Shown: one piece after another, positions 17,374-27,687 of the stretch
How positions within the stretch are numbered: position 1 is the first letter of the stretch
How the letters are laid out: each line of letters begins with the position of its first letter
Source: a bacterium
GTDB lineage: Bacteria; Patescibacteriota; Patescibacteriia; HK-STAS-PATE-3
Reading direction: 5' to 3'
Assembly (NCBI GenBank): GCA_043800725.1
Contig: JAZDMR010000024.1
Coordinates: 1-53,838 of the forward strand
DNA length: 53,838 nucleotides
The notes under the pieces: model-generated
Told to the model about the DNA's origin: nothing
The model's input: the letters and a program-made list of their open reading frames with translations, nothing else
The model's database searches: none
Program-made: the position numbers and the translations under genes

Positions 17374-18120
17374 TTATTTGGTTAATACTTTCACGCCCTG
17401 GCCAGTCACGGCAATGGTATGCTCAAAATGAGCGCTAATTTTTCTGTCTGCGGTCACCACGGTCCAGCCGTCGTCTAAGGTTTTCACTTGCCAGTCTCCT
17501 AATGTCAGCATGGGTTCAATAGCCAAGACCATGCCCGCTTGAACAATCGGCCCCTGGCTAGCTGGGCCAAAATTGGGAATTGATGGATCTTCGTGCAGCA
17601 TATGCCCCACCCCATGACCGCTTAAGTCGCGTACCACGCCGTAACCCTGCTGTTCGGCAAATTCTTGTACTGCGGCGCCTACCCGGCCCAATGGCTGGCC
17701 CGCCTGAATGGCGGCAATCCCTAAGCTTAGAGCTTGTTTGGTAGTGCTAATCAATTTCTCAGCTGATTGCGAAACCCGGCCGATGGGAATTGTCCTGGCC
17801 ATATCAGTGATTAGATTTTTATATTTTATCCCAATGTCAATACTTAGTACATCACCCTCCCTAAGTACGGTTTTTTGATCAGGAATGCCATGAACCACCT
17901 GATGATTAATCGAAGTGCAGATTGCTCCGGGATATCCGCGATAGCCGAAAAAAGCCGATTCTACCTGGGCCTGTTTCATTAATGCCCTGGCCTGTTTATC
18001 CAGCTCTTCTGTTGAAACGCCGGGCCGGGATAGCCTGACCAGCTCATTTAAAATACCGGCCAAAATATGCCCGCCCTGCTGAAGATTTTCAATCTCTTGC
18101 TCTGTTTTTAATCGACTCAT
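17374..18120 (-). CDS. map: methionine aminopeptidase type I
   Basis: VHGIP, GHGVG..LHEDP, IEPM, SAHFEHT. Confidence 0.97.
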   Translation of the reverse strand: MSRLKTEQEIENLQQGGHILAGILNELVRLSRPGVSTEELDKQARALMKQAQVESAFFGYRGYPGAICTSINHQVVHGIPDQKTVLREGDVLSIDIGIKYKNLITDMARTIPIGRVSQSAEKLISTTKQALSLGIAAIQAGQPLGRVGAAVQEFAEQQGYGVVRDLSGHGVGHMLHEDPSIPNFGPASQGPIVQAGMVLAIEPMLTLGDWQVKTLDDGWTVVTADRKISAHFEHTIAVTGQGVKVLTK

Positions 18121-18791
18121 TCTTTCAAAGCGGCAATAATATCCTGATGAACCTGCTCAATCGACTGCGATCCATTGATCAGTTTAACAAGACCTTTGTC
18201 AGTATAGTAATCGATCACCGGCTGGGTCATTTTATGATACTCAGCCAAGCGAGCTTTGATGACATCTGGCTTGTCATCTTCGCGATGAATCACTTTTCCT
18301 CCGCACTTGGGGCAGGAATCAGACTCAGACCGGATATCTTTGCCCAAGATCAAGGGGGTGCTGTCAGTAACGCAAATCCGGCGCTTGCTTAACCGCTCGA
18401 TTGTTTCTTGTTCGCTTAAGGTAATGGCGATCACGTGAGTGAATGAGCGTTTCAGCTTGGGCAATTCCTGATCCCAATATTCAATTTCCGGCAAGCGCCT
18501 TGGCGTACCATCGAAAATAATTCCCTGATCAGCAGGCACCTTTTCTACCTCGGCCGTATATATCTGCATGGCAATATCAAACGGCACCAGCACTCCCTGA
18601 TCATGTATGATATGGTTAATCTGCTTGCCCAACTCAGTCGGCTGCTTAGCCGCTAGTCGCAAAAGATTACCCATTTCCAAATGCTTGAGCTGAAACGCGT
18701 CCGCTAACAACTTCGCCTGCGTACCCTTGCCCGAGGCCTGGGGGCCAAGCAAAATTATATTCCAAGCTGGCGTGTTTTGAGTTCCGGACAT
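18117..18791 (-). CDS. adk: adenylate kinase
   Basis: GPQASGKGTQA, DGTPR, REDD; follows secY. Confidence 0.95.
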   Translation of the reverse strand: MSGTQNTPAWNIILLGPQASGKGTQAKLLADAFQLKHLEMGNLLRLAAKQPTELGKQINHIIHDQGVLVPFDIAMQIYTAEVEKVPADQGIIFDGTPRRLPEIEYWDQELPKLKRSFTHVIAITLSEQETIERLSKRRICVTDSTPLILGKDIRSESDSCPKCGGKVIHREDDKPDVIKARLAEYHKMTQPVIDYYTDKGLVKLINGSQSIEQVHQDIIAALKE

Positions 18792-18811
18792 GTTTTAAAA
18801 AGTTTAGTTTT

Positions 18812-20086
18812 TTAAAAACCTTCATAATCGCGAACTGTCAGCTGCGCGTCGATTTGTTTAACAGTTTCAATAACCACGCTGACCACGATCAGCAAGCTGG
18901 TGCCGCCCACAATCAATGATTGAGTCGGCGTAAATTGCTGCATTATGCTGGGCAAGACAGCTACCACACCTAAAAATAAAGCGCCGCCTAAGATAATGCG
19001 ATTAGACACATAGCTTAAATAGTCCATGGTATTGCGGCCAGGCCTGATTCCAGGTATGAAGCCTCCTTGTTTCTGCAAATTTTCAGCTATCTGGTTGGGA
19101 TGAAAAACCACTGAGGTATAAAAATAGGTAAAAGCAAAAACTAAGATAAAGTAGAAAATGGCATAAACCGGACCTTTCTGGTAGGAACTAACAAACCAGT
19201 TGGCAATATTGGCAATATTTGGCGAAGTTGAACTGACAAAAAACTGAGCAATCAAAGATGGAATCAATACCAAGGAAACCGCAAAAATTATCGGAATTAC
19301 TCCGGCCTGGTTTACGCGCAAGGGCAGGTGCGTATTTACTCCGCCGTAAACCCGCGTGCCTCTGACCCGGCGCGCATAGGATACCGGTATATTTCTCTGC
19401 GCCTCGGTTACAAAGACGACTCCGGCCACGGTTACTAGAGCGATAAATATGAAGATAGCAAAGGTAAAAATTTGCGCCGGATCAAACGTGGCAATTGACT
19501 GCTGAATTTGCAGGGGTATCTGCGCCACGATACCGGCAAAAATGATCAAGGAAATACCATTGCCCACTTTCTGTTCGGATATCAACTCTCCCAGCCACAT
19601 TAAAAAGACGGTGCCGGCGGTAATCGTGATAAGGGCAGTGGCCAAATCAAAAGCTGATAAATCGCCGATAATGCCCTGGCCCTGCTGGCGCAATAAAATT
19701 ATTGTGCTATAGCCCTGGAGCACGGCCAGGGGGATGGTTAGTAAGCGCGTCCATTGATTAATCATCTTCTGTCCCCGCTCGCCTTCCTGCTGTATCGCTT
19801 GCAGTTTTGGAATAATCATGGTCAGCAGCTGAAAAATAATCGAAGCGGTAATATAAGGACCGACTCCCAGCATGACAATAGAAAAGTTTTCCAAAGCGCC
19901 GCCGGAAAATATATTTAACAGTCCTAAAAACTGATTAGAGCCGAAAAAGTCCTTTAACTCGCCCACGTTAACGCCAGGTATGGGGATATGGGCAGCAATC
20001 CTAAAAACAACCAGAATCCCCAGAACGATTAGGATTTTTTTACGAACCTCTCTAATCCGCCAAATTTGTGATATTTTTTCCCACAT
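18812..20086 (-). CDS. secY: preprotein translocase SecY
   Basis: LGVGPYITASII, GNGISLII, GIRPG, GGTSLLIVV. Confidence 0.98.
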   Translation of the reverse strand: MWEKISQIWRIREVRKKILIVLGILVVFRIAAHIPIPGVNVGELKDFFGSNQFLGLLNIFSGGALENFSIVMLGVGPYITASIIFQLLTMIIPKLQAIQQEGERGQKMINQWTRLLTIPLAVLQGYSTIILLRQQGQGIIGDLSAFDLATALITITAGTVFLMWLGELISEQKVGNGISLIIFAGIVAQIPLQIQQSIATFDPAQIFTFAIFIFIALVTVAGVVFVTEAQRNIPVSYARRVRGTRVYGGVNTHLPLRVNQAGVIPIIFAVSLVLIPSLIAQFFVSSTSPNIANIANWFVSSYQKGPVYAIFYFILVFAFTYFYTSVVFHPNQIAENLQKQGGFIPGIRPGRNTMDYLSYVSNRIILGGALFLGVVAVLPSIMQQFTPTQSLIVGGTSLLIVVSVVIETVKQIDAQLTVRDYEGF

Positions 20087-20089
20087 GGG

Positions 20090-20566
20090 CTATGATTGGT
20101 GTTTTTTGGGCTGAGGGCCCTTGGGAGCGGGTAAGTTGACTGCTGAGCCGCCTGCTTTTGTTATAGCACGCGCTGCTGTTTGCGAGAAGTAATGAGCTTT
20201 GACTGTTAAGCGGGTTTTCAATTCACCTTGACCGAGAATCTTTACCAGTCGAGGTGATTTAATGTATTTACGGGATACTAGAATTTCCGGGGTGATCAGC
20301 TCGCCTTCGGTAAAATCATTCAACTGGCCAATATTAACAACCTGAGCCGGTAATTTAAACGAGGTAAAGCCCCGGCTTTTGGGAATCCGCGCAATTAACT
20401 GTTTAATGGTCCGGCGCTGAATACCCTGACGGCCGCCGCTTCTGGATCTCTGTCCTTTTTGGCCTCGTCCGGAATAAGTGCCATGTCCCGAAGAGTCGCC
20501 CCGACCCACTCTTTTTCTGCGCTTCTGGCTTCTGGCTTTTATTAAATTGTGCATGCCTTTTGCCAT
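20090..20566 (-). CDS. rplO: 50S ribosomal protein L15
   Basis: RVGRG.SSG.G..SGRGQKGQ, VKILG.G. Confidence 0.96.
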   Translation of the reverse strand: MAKGMHNLIKARSQKRRKRVGRGDSSGHGTYSGRGQKGQRSRSGGRQGIQRRTIKQLIARIPKSRGFTSFKLPAQVVNIGQLNDFTEGELITPEILVSRKYIKSPRLVKILGQGELKTRLTVKAHYFSQTAARAITKAGGSAVNLPAPKGPQPKKHQS

Positions 20567-21135
20567 TATTTCTTGTCTTCCTGGTTAGTTGATTTTTCTT
20601 CGGTCTGTTCTGCCGGTTCGCTTATTTTCTCTGTTTTTTTCACCGAGCCTTTTTTGCCTTTACGAGGCGGCCGAAGCGCTTTCAAAGCCACAAAAGTAGC
20701 TTTAACATTATTGTGCTTATTTTGCGAGCCCAGCATTTTAGTGACCACGTCTTTGATGCCTACCAGCTCCATGACCATGCGCACGGGACCTCCAGCAATA
20801 ATCCCCGTACCTGCCGGAGCGGGCTTTAACAATACCCGGGCTGCGCCAAACTTGACCCTCACCTCATGCGGTATGGTGCTGCCTTCCATGGGCACTTGAA
20901 TCATTGTCTTACGGGCAGCTGTGGACGCTTTGCTCACTGCGGCGCTAACGTCTGCGCCTTTTTTTACGCCATAACCGACCTTGCCCTTGCCGTCACCCAA
21001 AATAACTGTCGCTCGAAAACGCATTCGCTTGCCGCCGGCTACTACGCGGGTAACCCGGTTGATATCAACAACCTTTTGATCAAATTCTCGATCTTTAATG
21101 TTATGGTCTTTTCTGTTGCGTTGTGGTCTGGGCAT
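20566..21135 (-). CDS. rpsE: 30S ribosomal protein S5
   Basis: RVTRVVAGG, PAPAGTGIIAGG. Confidence 0.97.
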   Translation of the reverse strand: MPRPQRNRKDHNIKDREFDQKVVDINRVTRVVAGGKRMRFRATVILGDGKGKVGYGVKKGADVSAAVSKASTAARKTMIQVPMEGSTIPHEVRVKFGAARVLLKPAPAGTGIIAGGPVRMVMELVGIKDVVTKMLGSQNKHNNVKATFVALKALRPPRKGKKGSVKKTEKISEPAEQTEEKSTNQEDKK

Positions 21136-21147
21136 ATTTAATATTTT

Positions 21148-21507
21148 TTAAAACTTTAATCCGGCTTGACGAGCAGCGTCCGCTAGTGCTTTAACTCGCC
21201 CATGATACAATCGTCCGCCACGGTCAAATACTACATTGGTAATTTTCTGAGCTTTGGCTTTTTCAGCAATCAGCTTTCCAAGAGCGACCGCCCGATCGCT
21301 TTTGCTGCCCTTGACATCTTTAATCTCCAGATCAGAAGCGCTAACTAGGGTTTTATCAGCTTGATCGTTAATCAACTGTGCTGAGATGTGCTTAAGGCTT
21401 CGAAATACAGATAACCTGGGACGCTCAGCCGTGCCGGAGATTTTGGCTCTAGTACGGTTCTTACGCCGCAGATAATGGGCTCTTTTATTGCGAGTATCTT
21501 CTTTCAT
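21148..21507 (-). CDS. rplR: 50S ribosomal protein L18
   Basis: [23 protein letters not shown]. Confidence 0.97.
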   Translation of the reverse strand: MKEDTRNKRAHYLRRKNRTRAKISGTAERPRLSVFRSLKHISAQLINDQADKTLVSASDLEIKDVKGSKSDRAVALGKLIAEKAKAQKITNVVFDRGGRLYHGRVKALADAARQAGLKF

Positions 21508-21512
21508 ATAAT

Positions 21513-22064
21513 TTATTCAGAGGATGTACCTGACGCTTGCTTGCCAGCCTTGCGCCTAATGACTTCATCAAGATATTTAATGCCTTTGCCTTTGTAGGGT
21601 TCGGGCTTGCGAAGGCCTCTTATTTGAGCAGCCACTTCTCCGACTTTTTGCTTTTCAATGCCTGTCACGGTGAGTAGATTCTTTTCCACAGAAATTGTAA
21701 TGCCCTCAGGAATAGGAAAATCAATCGGGTGGGAATAACCTAGGTTTAAAACTAAATTATTGCCCTTGACGGTCGCTTGAAATCCTACGCCGTTAATTTC
21801 CAGCTTTTTTTCAAATCCTTGGACCACGCCAATAACCATATTATTAATCAATCGCTGGAAAAGACCCCAAATAGCCCGATTAGATTTTTCATCCGGATTC
21901 GCTACGCTAACCTTCAAAATTTGATCCTCATTAACAACTTTAACCATAGCCGGAATATTCTGGTTTAATTCGCCTTTTGGGCCTTTAACGCCCACCCGGC
22001 CATCTTCCAAGGTTACCTGGACTGTTTCGGGGATAGGGATAGGTTGTTTACCAATACGTGACAT
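21513..22064 (-). CDS. rplF: 50S ribosomal protein L6
   Basis: [15 protein letters not shown]. Confidence 0.98.
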   Translation of the reverse strand: MSRIGKQPIPIPETVQVTLEDGRVGVKGPKGELNQNIPAMVKVVNEDQILKVSVANPDEKSNRAIWGLFQRLINNMVIGVVQGFEKKLEINGVGFQATVKGNNLVLNLGYSHPIDFPIPEGITISVEKNLLTVTGIEKQKVGEVAAQIRGLRKPEPYKGKGIKYLDEVIRRKAGKQASGTSSE

Positions 22065-22067
22065 AAA

Positions 22068-22454
22068 TTAGGTTACTTCACAAATTACTTCTCCACCCAA
22101 GGCTTTTTTCCTGGCCTCTCGGTCGGTCATTAAACCTTGAGAAGTGGAAATTATCGCCACACCATACTCATTCATAACCCTGGGCACAGCAGAGCGTTTT
22201 ACGTAAATTCGCCGACCTGGCGAGCTGATTCGCTTAATAGTTTTCAAAACCGGCAAATCTTGTTCGGTCTTTTGCAAATTTATTACTAATTCCTGGCCTT
22301 CTTGTTCAAAACTCTCAAGATAACCTTCACGAGCTAATATTTCCAGGATAGCTTTTTTTAACTTGGAATAAGGAATGCGCAGCTGCCATTGCTTAATCAA
22401 AGCGGCATTGCGTAGTCGTGTGAGTAAATCTGCGATAGGATCTGACATTGACAT
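22068..22454 (-). CDS. rpsH: 30S ribosomal protein S8
   Basis: [25 protein letters not shown]. Confidence 0.97.
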   Translation of the reverse strand: MSMSDPIADLLTRLRNAALIKQWQLRIPYSKLKKAILEILAREGYLESFEQEGQELVINLQKTEQDLPVLKTIKRISSPGRRIYVKRSAVPRVMNEYGVAIISTSQGLMTDREARKKALGGEVICEVT

Positions 22455-22466
22455 AAGTTTGGATGA

Positions 22467-22661
22467 TTACCAGGATGACTTAGTTATTCCGGGTATTTCG
22501 CCCCGGCTGGCAAGTTCTCGGAAACAAATTCGGCAAAGAGCGAACTTGCGCATATAGCCTCTTTGTCGGCCGCAGCGCCAGCAACGTCGGACCTTTCGAG
22601 TCGAATACTTCTGTTTTCTGCCCGTGCGGTTAGATTTTGCGATTTGAGATACTTTTGCCAT
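22467..22661 (-). CDS. rpsN: 30S ribosomal protein S14 (zinc-binding type Z)
   Basis: [21 protein letters not shown]. Confidence 0.96.
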   Translation of the reverse strand: MAKVSQIAKSNRTGRKQKYSTRKVRRCWRCGRQRGYMRKFALCRICFRELASRGEIPGITKSSW

Positions 22662-22667
22662 AGATGT

Positions 22668-23207
22668 TTATTGTTGAAAGGGAAAGCCTAAGCCTTTTAG
22701 CAGCGCCAAGCCTTGTTCAGCGTTCTTGGTGCTGGTCACAACGGTTATTTCCATACCAAATGCCTTGTCTAGATCGTCTGATTGAGTTTCTGGAAATACC
22801 GTATGTTCTTTAATTCCCATGGTGTAATTACCAGACTGACCAAAGCTTGCCGGGTCAAGGCCGCGAAAATCGCGTACTCTAGGCAAGGTTATGTTGACTA
22901 AACGATCAATAAACTCTTCCATGCGCGATCCCCGTAAAGTTACTTGCAGGCCTACGGTCATGCCTTGTCGGATTTTAAAGCCTGACACAGACTTTTTTGC
23001 TTTCCTGATTATTGGATGTTGGCCAGTAATTCTTTCCAATCCACTTGTGACCATTTCAATGAATTTGGAATTGTTCAGGGCTTTTCCGACTCCGGAATTG
23101 ACTACCACCTTTTGCAGTCTTGGCACTTCTAAATCGTTAGACAAATTAAAGTTCTTTTTTATGGCTGGCACTACTGTCTCTTGATATTTTTTGCGAATAT
23201 TAGTCAT
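22668..23207 (-). CDS. rplE: 50S ribosomal protein L5
   Basis: KVVVN.GVG, VTLRG, LPRVRDFRG. Confidence 0.98.
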   Translation of the reverse strand: MTNIRKKYQETVVPAIKKNFNLSNDLEVPRLQKVVVNSGVGKALNNSKFIEMVTSGLERITGQHPIIRKAKKSVSGFKIRQGMTVGLQVTLRGSRMEEFIDRLVNITLPRVRDFRGLDPASFGQSGNYTMGIKEHTVFPETQSDDLDKAFGMEITVVTSTKNAEQGLALLKGLGFPFQQ

Positions 23208-23222
23208 ATGATTTAAAACAGC

Positions 23223-23531
23223 CTAGTCCAATGCTTCCTTTAACTTATGAGAATAGCGGGTCTTTTTCTTCCCAGCCACTTGATAACCCACCCGGGTAGG
23301 CTTACCGGATTTGGAGCTAATCAGCATTACATTGGAAGCGTTTAATGGCGCGTTATATTTTACAATCTGGCCTTTTTCTCGAGACCTTCGAGGGCGCACA
23401 TTCTTGGTCATCATATTAATACCGTCAACCACCACTTTGTTCGCCTTGGGCAAGACTTGAATAATCTTGCCTTTTTTGCCGCGGTCTTTGCCAGTGAGTA
23501 TTTGAACGTTGTCGCCTTTTTTGAATTTCAT
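23223..23531 (-). CDS. rplX: 50S ribosomal protein L24
   Basis: KGD.V.ILTGKDRGK.G KOW motif. Confidence 0.97.
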   Translation of the reverse strand: MKFKKGDNVQILTGKDRGKKGKIIQVLPKANKVVVDGINMMTKNVRPRRSREKGQIVKYNAPLNASNVMLISSKSGKPTRVGYQVAGKKKTRYSHKLKEALD

Positions 23532-23536
23532 AATCT

Positions 23537-23908
23537 TTAGAGTACTTCAGGTGCTAATGAGGCAATCTTGCTATAGCCTAGTAGTTTAATTTCTCGGCCA
23601 ATCGGCCCGAAAATACGAGTAGAGCGAGGCTCTTTGGTTTTGGGATCGACAATTACTGCGGCATTGTCATCAAAACGGATTGAGGTGCCGTCCTGGCGGC
23701 GGGTTTCTTTTCTGGTGCGAACAATTATTGCCCTAACCACTTCACCTTTCTTAATCAGCGAATGCGGTACTGCTTCGATCACCGAAGCGGTGATAACGTC
23801 GCCCAGCCGTCCATAGCGTTTGCGATAGCCGCCAGTCACCCGTATCACCCTTAGCTTGCGAGCCCCGGAATTATCAGCGAGAATTAATATTGAACGTGGT
23901 TGTACCAT
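23537..23908 (-). CDS. rplN: 50S ribosomal protein L14
   Basis: ADNSGA, FDDNAAV, SLAPEVL. Confidence 0.98.
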   Translation of the reverse strand: MVQPRSILILADNSGARKLRVIRVTGGYRKRYGRLGDVITASVIEAVPHSLIKKGEVVRAIIVRTRKETRRQDGTSIRFDDNAAVIVDPKTKEPRSTRIFGPIGREIKLLGYSKIASLAPEVL

Positions 23909-23913
23909 AGAAA

Positions 23914-24168
23914 TTATTGATCAATTACTTGCCAGCGCTTATTTTTGGATAGCGGCCTAATTTCTTTAAAACTTACTTGGTCGCCTGGCTTAAAAGAATT
24001 CTTGGGATCGTGGACTAAATATTTTTTACTTTCCTTAAAACGCTTCTGATATTTCGGATGCACTTTTGTTCGGTCGACTTGAACCACAACAGTCTTATTC
24101 ATAGAATTTGACACTACTTTTCCTGAGAGGATTCGTAAGAGTTGTTTTTTATCCTGTTCTTGGGTCAT
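23914..24168 (-). CDS. rpsQ: 30S ribosomal protein S17
   Basis: [20 protein letters not shown]. Confidence 0.97.
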   Translation of the reverse strand: MTQEQDKKQLLRILSGKVVSNSMNKTVVVQVDRTKVHPKYQKRFKESKKYLVHDPKNSFKPGDQVSFKEIRPLSKNKRWQVIDQ

Positions 24169-24173
24169 GGTTT

Positions 24174-24371
24174 TTAGACTTTCTTATCCGGCTGATTATT
24201 TAAAAAGGTATGAAGCTGGGCAATTGTTCGCCTGGTACTGCGAATCTCGCGAACGTCCTTGTGCTGGCCCTGGGAAATTTTGAAGCGCAATTCACGCAAG
24301 CGGGCCTGGTTTTCTGCCAACAGCTTTTTCAATTCAGTCACTGGTTTAATTTTTAGCTCAGAATATTTCAT
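24174..24371 (-). CDS. rpmC: 50S ribosomal protein L29
   Basis: ELRF, IR..RR.IA; position between rplP and rpsQ. Confidence 0.93.
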   Translation of the reverse strand: MKYSELKIKPVTELKKLLAENQARLRELRFKISQGQHKDVREIRSTRRTIAQLHTFLNNQPDKKV

Positions 24372-24374
24372 GGC

Positions 24375-24782
24375 TTAGCCCTTTTCTATGAACTTTGTCA
24401 ATACCGGCAACTTATGCGAAGCGCGCCGCATGGCTTCTTTGGCGGCATCTTTTTCCACGCCGCTGATTTCAAAGATGATTGTGCCGGGTCTGATAACAGC
24501 CACATAATGGTCAACTGCTCCTTTACCGCCGCCCATACGCACTTCAGAGCCTTTTAAGGTAACCGGTTTATCGGGAAATACCCGAATCCAGATCTTGCCG
24601 CCTTTTTGCACAAATCGAGTAATAGACCGGCGCGCTGCTTCAATTTGACGAGCTGTCATCCAAGCCGCGGTCTGAGCTTTGATACCGTACTGGCCAAAGC
24701 TTAAGGAGGTCTTACGGCAAGCCTTGCCTCGGACCCGGCCTCTTTGCCATTTGCGGTGTTTTACTTTTCTGGGAGTTAGCAT
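24375..24782 (-). CDS. rplP: 50S ribosomal protein L16
   Basis: [25 protein letters not shown]. Confidence 0.98.
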   Translation of the reverse strand: MLTPRKVKHRKWQRGRVRGKACRKTSLSFGQYGIKAQTAAWMTARQIEAARRSITRFVQKGGKIWIRVFPDKPVTLKGSEVRMGGGKGAVDHYVAVIRPGTIIFEISGVEKDAAKEAMRRASHKLPVLTKFIEKG

Positions 24783-24788
24783 AAGTCT

Positions 24789-25463
24789 TTATTTAAACGG
24801 TTTTTTGCCTGGTTCTGATTCTTTATTTTCAAAAACCTCACCTTTATAAATCCAGACCTTTACTCCGATTGCGCCATAGGTGGTCCTGGCCGTACCTCGG
24901 CTGTAGTCAATATTCGCGCGGATGGTTTGCAAGGGCAGTTTGCCCCAGCTTAAATACTCGGTCCGGGCGATTTCCGCGCCGTTTAACCGGCCTGAAACCA
25001 TTACTTTTACGCCTAGGCCGCCAGCTCGCTTAACCTGCTCGTTGGTCATGCGCAAGACTCTGCGGAAAGGCATTCTCTTTTCTAGCTGTTCAATCATGTT
25101 CTGAACCACGATATTGGCATCCAGTTCCGGCTTACTGACCTCTTGGATTGTCAGTTTTAACTCCACTTTTCTATTTTTTAGAAAATCTTGCTTAATCTTT
25201 TTCTTCAGATCGTCTGTACCAGCACCGCCTCGGCCGATCACCATGCCGGGCTTGGAAGTATGGATAGTAATCGTCATAGTGCCGGAAGAGCGCTCAACTT
25301 CAATCATGGAAATACCAGAATTTTTAAGCTTGATAGATAAAAACTTGCGGATTTCAATATCTTCTTTTAAGAATTGGCGGTAATTTCTCTGGGAATACCA
25401 TTTTGATTTCCAGAACTTGTTAATACCGATTCGATAGCTGATTGGATGTACTTTTTGTCCCAT
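24789..25463 (-). CDS. rpsC: 30S ribosomal protein S3
   Basis: MGQKVHP, SGRLNGAEIARTE, GVKVWIY. Confidence 0.98.
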   Translation of the reverse strand: MGQKVHPISYRIGINKFWKSKWYSQRNYRQFLKEDIEIRKFLSIKLKNSGISMIEVERSSGTMTITIHTSKPGMVIGRGGAGTDDLKKKIKQDFLKNRKVELKLTIQEVSKPELDANIVVQNMIEQLEKRMPFRRVLRMTNEQVKRAGGLGVKVMVSGRLNGAEIARTEYLSWGKLPLQTIRANIDYSRGTARTTYGAIGVKVWIYKGEVFENKESEPGKKPFK

Positions 25464-25465
25464 AA

Positions 25466-25951
25466 TTATTTCTTAGCCGGCTTGGCAGGTTTGGTCGATT
25501 TAGCTAATTCCACTTTTTTAGGCTCTTTTTTGGCTGTCCTATCTGATTTTACAACTTCTTTTACAGTTTTGGCTTTAATCTTGGATTTAGACTTGGAAAG
25601 CTTATCAGATTTTTTATCCTCTTTTTTATCGGTTAAAATTAACGTGATATGCGATGATCTCTTTAAAATTTCACTAGCTCGACCAAAGGCCCGGGGTCGA
25701 TAGCGCTTAAGCTTCGGACCCTCATTAACATAAATTGATTTAATAAACAAGTCTTCAGCCTTTTTTTCTTGGGCCTTTGCGCCGGCTACTGCCGAGCTGA
25801 CTAGCTTGCGGATAGGTCGAGCCGAGATTTTAATTGAAACATTTAGCTGGGCTAAGGCACTGGGAACGGATAAACCTTTAATCTGTTCTGCGACTAGCCG
25901 AACTTTCCGTGGAGCAATCTTTAAAAATAAAACTGAAGCTCGAAAATCCAT
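25466..25951 (-). CDS. rplV: 50S ribosomal protein L22 with Lys-rich C-terminal extension
   Basis: APRKVRLVA, GPKLKR..PRAFGRA, SHIT. Confidence 0.96.
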   Translation of the reverse strand: MDFRASVLFLKIAPRKVRLVAEQIKGLSVPSALAQLNVSIKISARPIRKLVSSAVAGAKAQEKKAEDLFIKSIYVNEGPKLKRYRPRAFGRASEILKRSSHITLILTDKKEDKKSDKLSKSKSKIKAKTVKEVVKSDRTAKKEPKKVELAKSTKPAKPAKK

Positions 25952-25952
25952 A

Positions 25953-26297
25953 TTATTTCTTGTCTCCGCTTAATTTAGTCTGAGCTGTTTCAGTTTGCTT
26001 TTTCTGAGCTACGGCCGCGGCTTGCTCTGTTTCGCGCTGCATCTTACCGCCGTGTTTAACAAACTTTCGAGTTGGAGAAAATTCTCCTAAACGATGACCA
26101 ACCATGTTTTCCACCACAAAGACATTAATATGATCTTTGCCATTATGGACGCCAAAAGTGAAGCCGACCATTTCCGGGGTAATTACCGAGGGTCGCGACC
26201 AGGTTTTAATAACCGTATTATCGCCCTTTTTCAGGTTGTGAATCTTCTTGATCAGTTTGTGATCGGTCCAGGGACCCTTTTTTAAGCTTCTCGACAT
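25953..26297 (-). CDS. rpsS: 30S ribosomal protein S19
   Basis: [25 protein letters not shown]. Confidence 0.98.
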   Translation of the reverse strand: MSRSLKKGPWTDHKLIKKIHNLKKGDNTVIKTWSRPSVITPEMVGFTFGVHNGKDHINVFVVENMVGHRLGEFSPTRKFVKHGGKMQRETEQAAAVAQKKQTETAQTKLSGDKK

Positions 26298-26301
26298 ATG
26301 A

Positions 26302-27132
26302 TTATTTCTTTCTTCGTTTGAGTATTAAACGATCGCTGTATTTGGGACGGCGAGTATGTACGCCTAAAGCTGGCTTGCCCCAGGGTGTTTTGGGGTGCTT
26401 TAAGCCGATGGGCTGAACGCCTTCACCGCCGCCATGGGGATGATCTACCGGATTCATAGCTTTGCCTCGGACGGTGGGACGGACACCTCTCCAGCGCATA
26501 CGGCCGGCTTTACCTAAGCGAATATTACTATGGTCAGTGTTGCCTACCTGGCCGATTGAAGCCCGCGACATCTTGGGAACCAGGCGAATTTCGCCTGAGG
26601 GCATTTTCAGCTGAGCATTATCGCCCTCGACAGATAAAAGCGTCGCCATTAAACCGGCTGAGCGAACAATCTTTCCGCCGTTGCCCGGCATGAGTTCGAT
26701 ATTATGCACTAATAATCCGGTTGGGATCAGAGCCAAAGGCATGCGGTTGCCATTCTTGATATCCACCCTTTTTTGTGAAGAGACAACTGTGTCCCCTGCT
26801 TTCATATCCATGGGGGCCAGAATATAGCTTTTTACTCCGTCAGAATATTCAATTAAGGCAATATTGGCTGAACGGTTTGGATCGTATTCTATAGACTTGA
26901 TAGTTGCCGGCATATCCAGCCTGTCTTGCAAAAAGTCAACCAGGCGATAAAAGCGCTTGGCTCGTCCGCCTTTGTGGCGCACAGTGATCTTGCCCTGGCT
27001 GTTGCGTCCGGCATTGGATTTCAATGCGCTAATCAAGCGTTTTTCTGGACGCTTTTTTGACAGCTCTCGCGTATCAACCACTGAGGCGTGGCGGCGGCTG
27101 GGCGTTGTTGCTTTGTATTTACGAATTGCCAT
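26302..27132 (-). CDS. rplB: 50S ribosomal protein L2
   Basis: [22 protein letters not shown]. Confidence 0.98.
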   Translation of the reverse strand: MAIRKYKATTPSRRHASVVDTRELSKKRPEKRLISALKSNAGRNSQGKITVRHKGGRAKRFYRLVDFLQDRLDMPATIKSIEYDPNRSANIALIEYSDGVKSYILAPMDMKAGDTVVSSQKRVDIKNGNRMPLALIPTGLLVHNIELMPGNGGKIVRSAGLMATLLSVEGDNAQLKMPSGEIRLVPKMSRASIGQVGNTDHSNIRLGKAGRMRWRGVRPTVRGKAMNPVDHPHGGGEGVQPIGLKHPKTPWGKPALGVHTRRPKYSDRLILKRRKK

Positions 27133-27134
27133 AT

Positions 27135-27683
27135 TTAAGCTTCATATAGATCAATTGATTTGCCTTCCGGCAGAGTGACAATCGCTTTTCTCCAAAACTT
27201 GGTAGAGCCTGTGGTACGGCCGTAGCGAACGTGTCTGCCTCGGACATTGATGATGTTTATTCTAGTGGGTTTGATTCCGTAAACCGTTTCAATTGCTTTA
27301 TAAATAGTCGGTTTATTGGCTCGAGGATGAACTTCGAATACATACTGCCTCTGAGTGCCGAGCATGCCCGTCTTTTCCGTAATTATGGGACGTAGCAATA
27401 GGCGATGCGATTCATGAAGATCTTCCGGTTTGCGTCCGGATTTAGCCTTGGCAGGCTTTGGCTTGTCCCTGTCTGGAGTGGCCTTTTTATCGTCTTTCAG
27501 TTCGTCTTTTTTGCCCTCGCTAGTCCGGCCAGCTGAAGGAACAGACTGAAATTGCTTTTTTTTCTCTTCCTCTTTTTTATCCTTGGCTTTTTTATTAGCC
27601 TCAGACTCAGCCACGTGGCGGGGCTTTTTCTGGCCCAGCTTCTTGGCATCTTCCTTTTTGCGAAAGCGATCAAAAAATCCCAT
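27135..27683 (-). CDS. rplW: 50S ribosomal protein L23 with ~90-aa N-terminal extension
   Basis: Core RPIITEK...ANK...KAIVTL; position between rplD and rplB. Confidence 0.95.
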   Translation of the reverse strand: MGFFDRFRKKEDAKKLGQKKPRHVAESEANKKAKDKKEEEKKKQFQSVPSAGRTSEGKKDELKDDKKATPDRDKPKPAKAKSGRKPEDLHESHRLLLRPIITEKTGMLGTQRQYVFEVHPRANKPTIYKAIETVYGIKPTRINIINVRGRHVRYGRTTGSTKFWRKAIVTLPEGKSIDLYEA

Positions 27684-27687
27684 ATGC

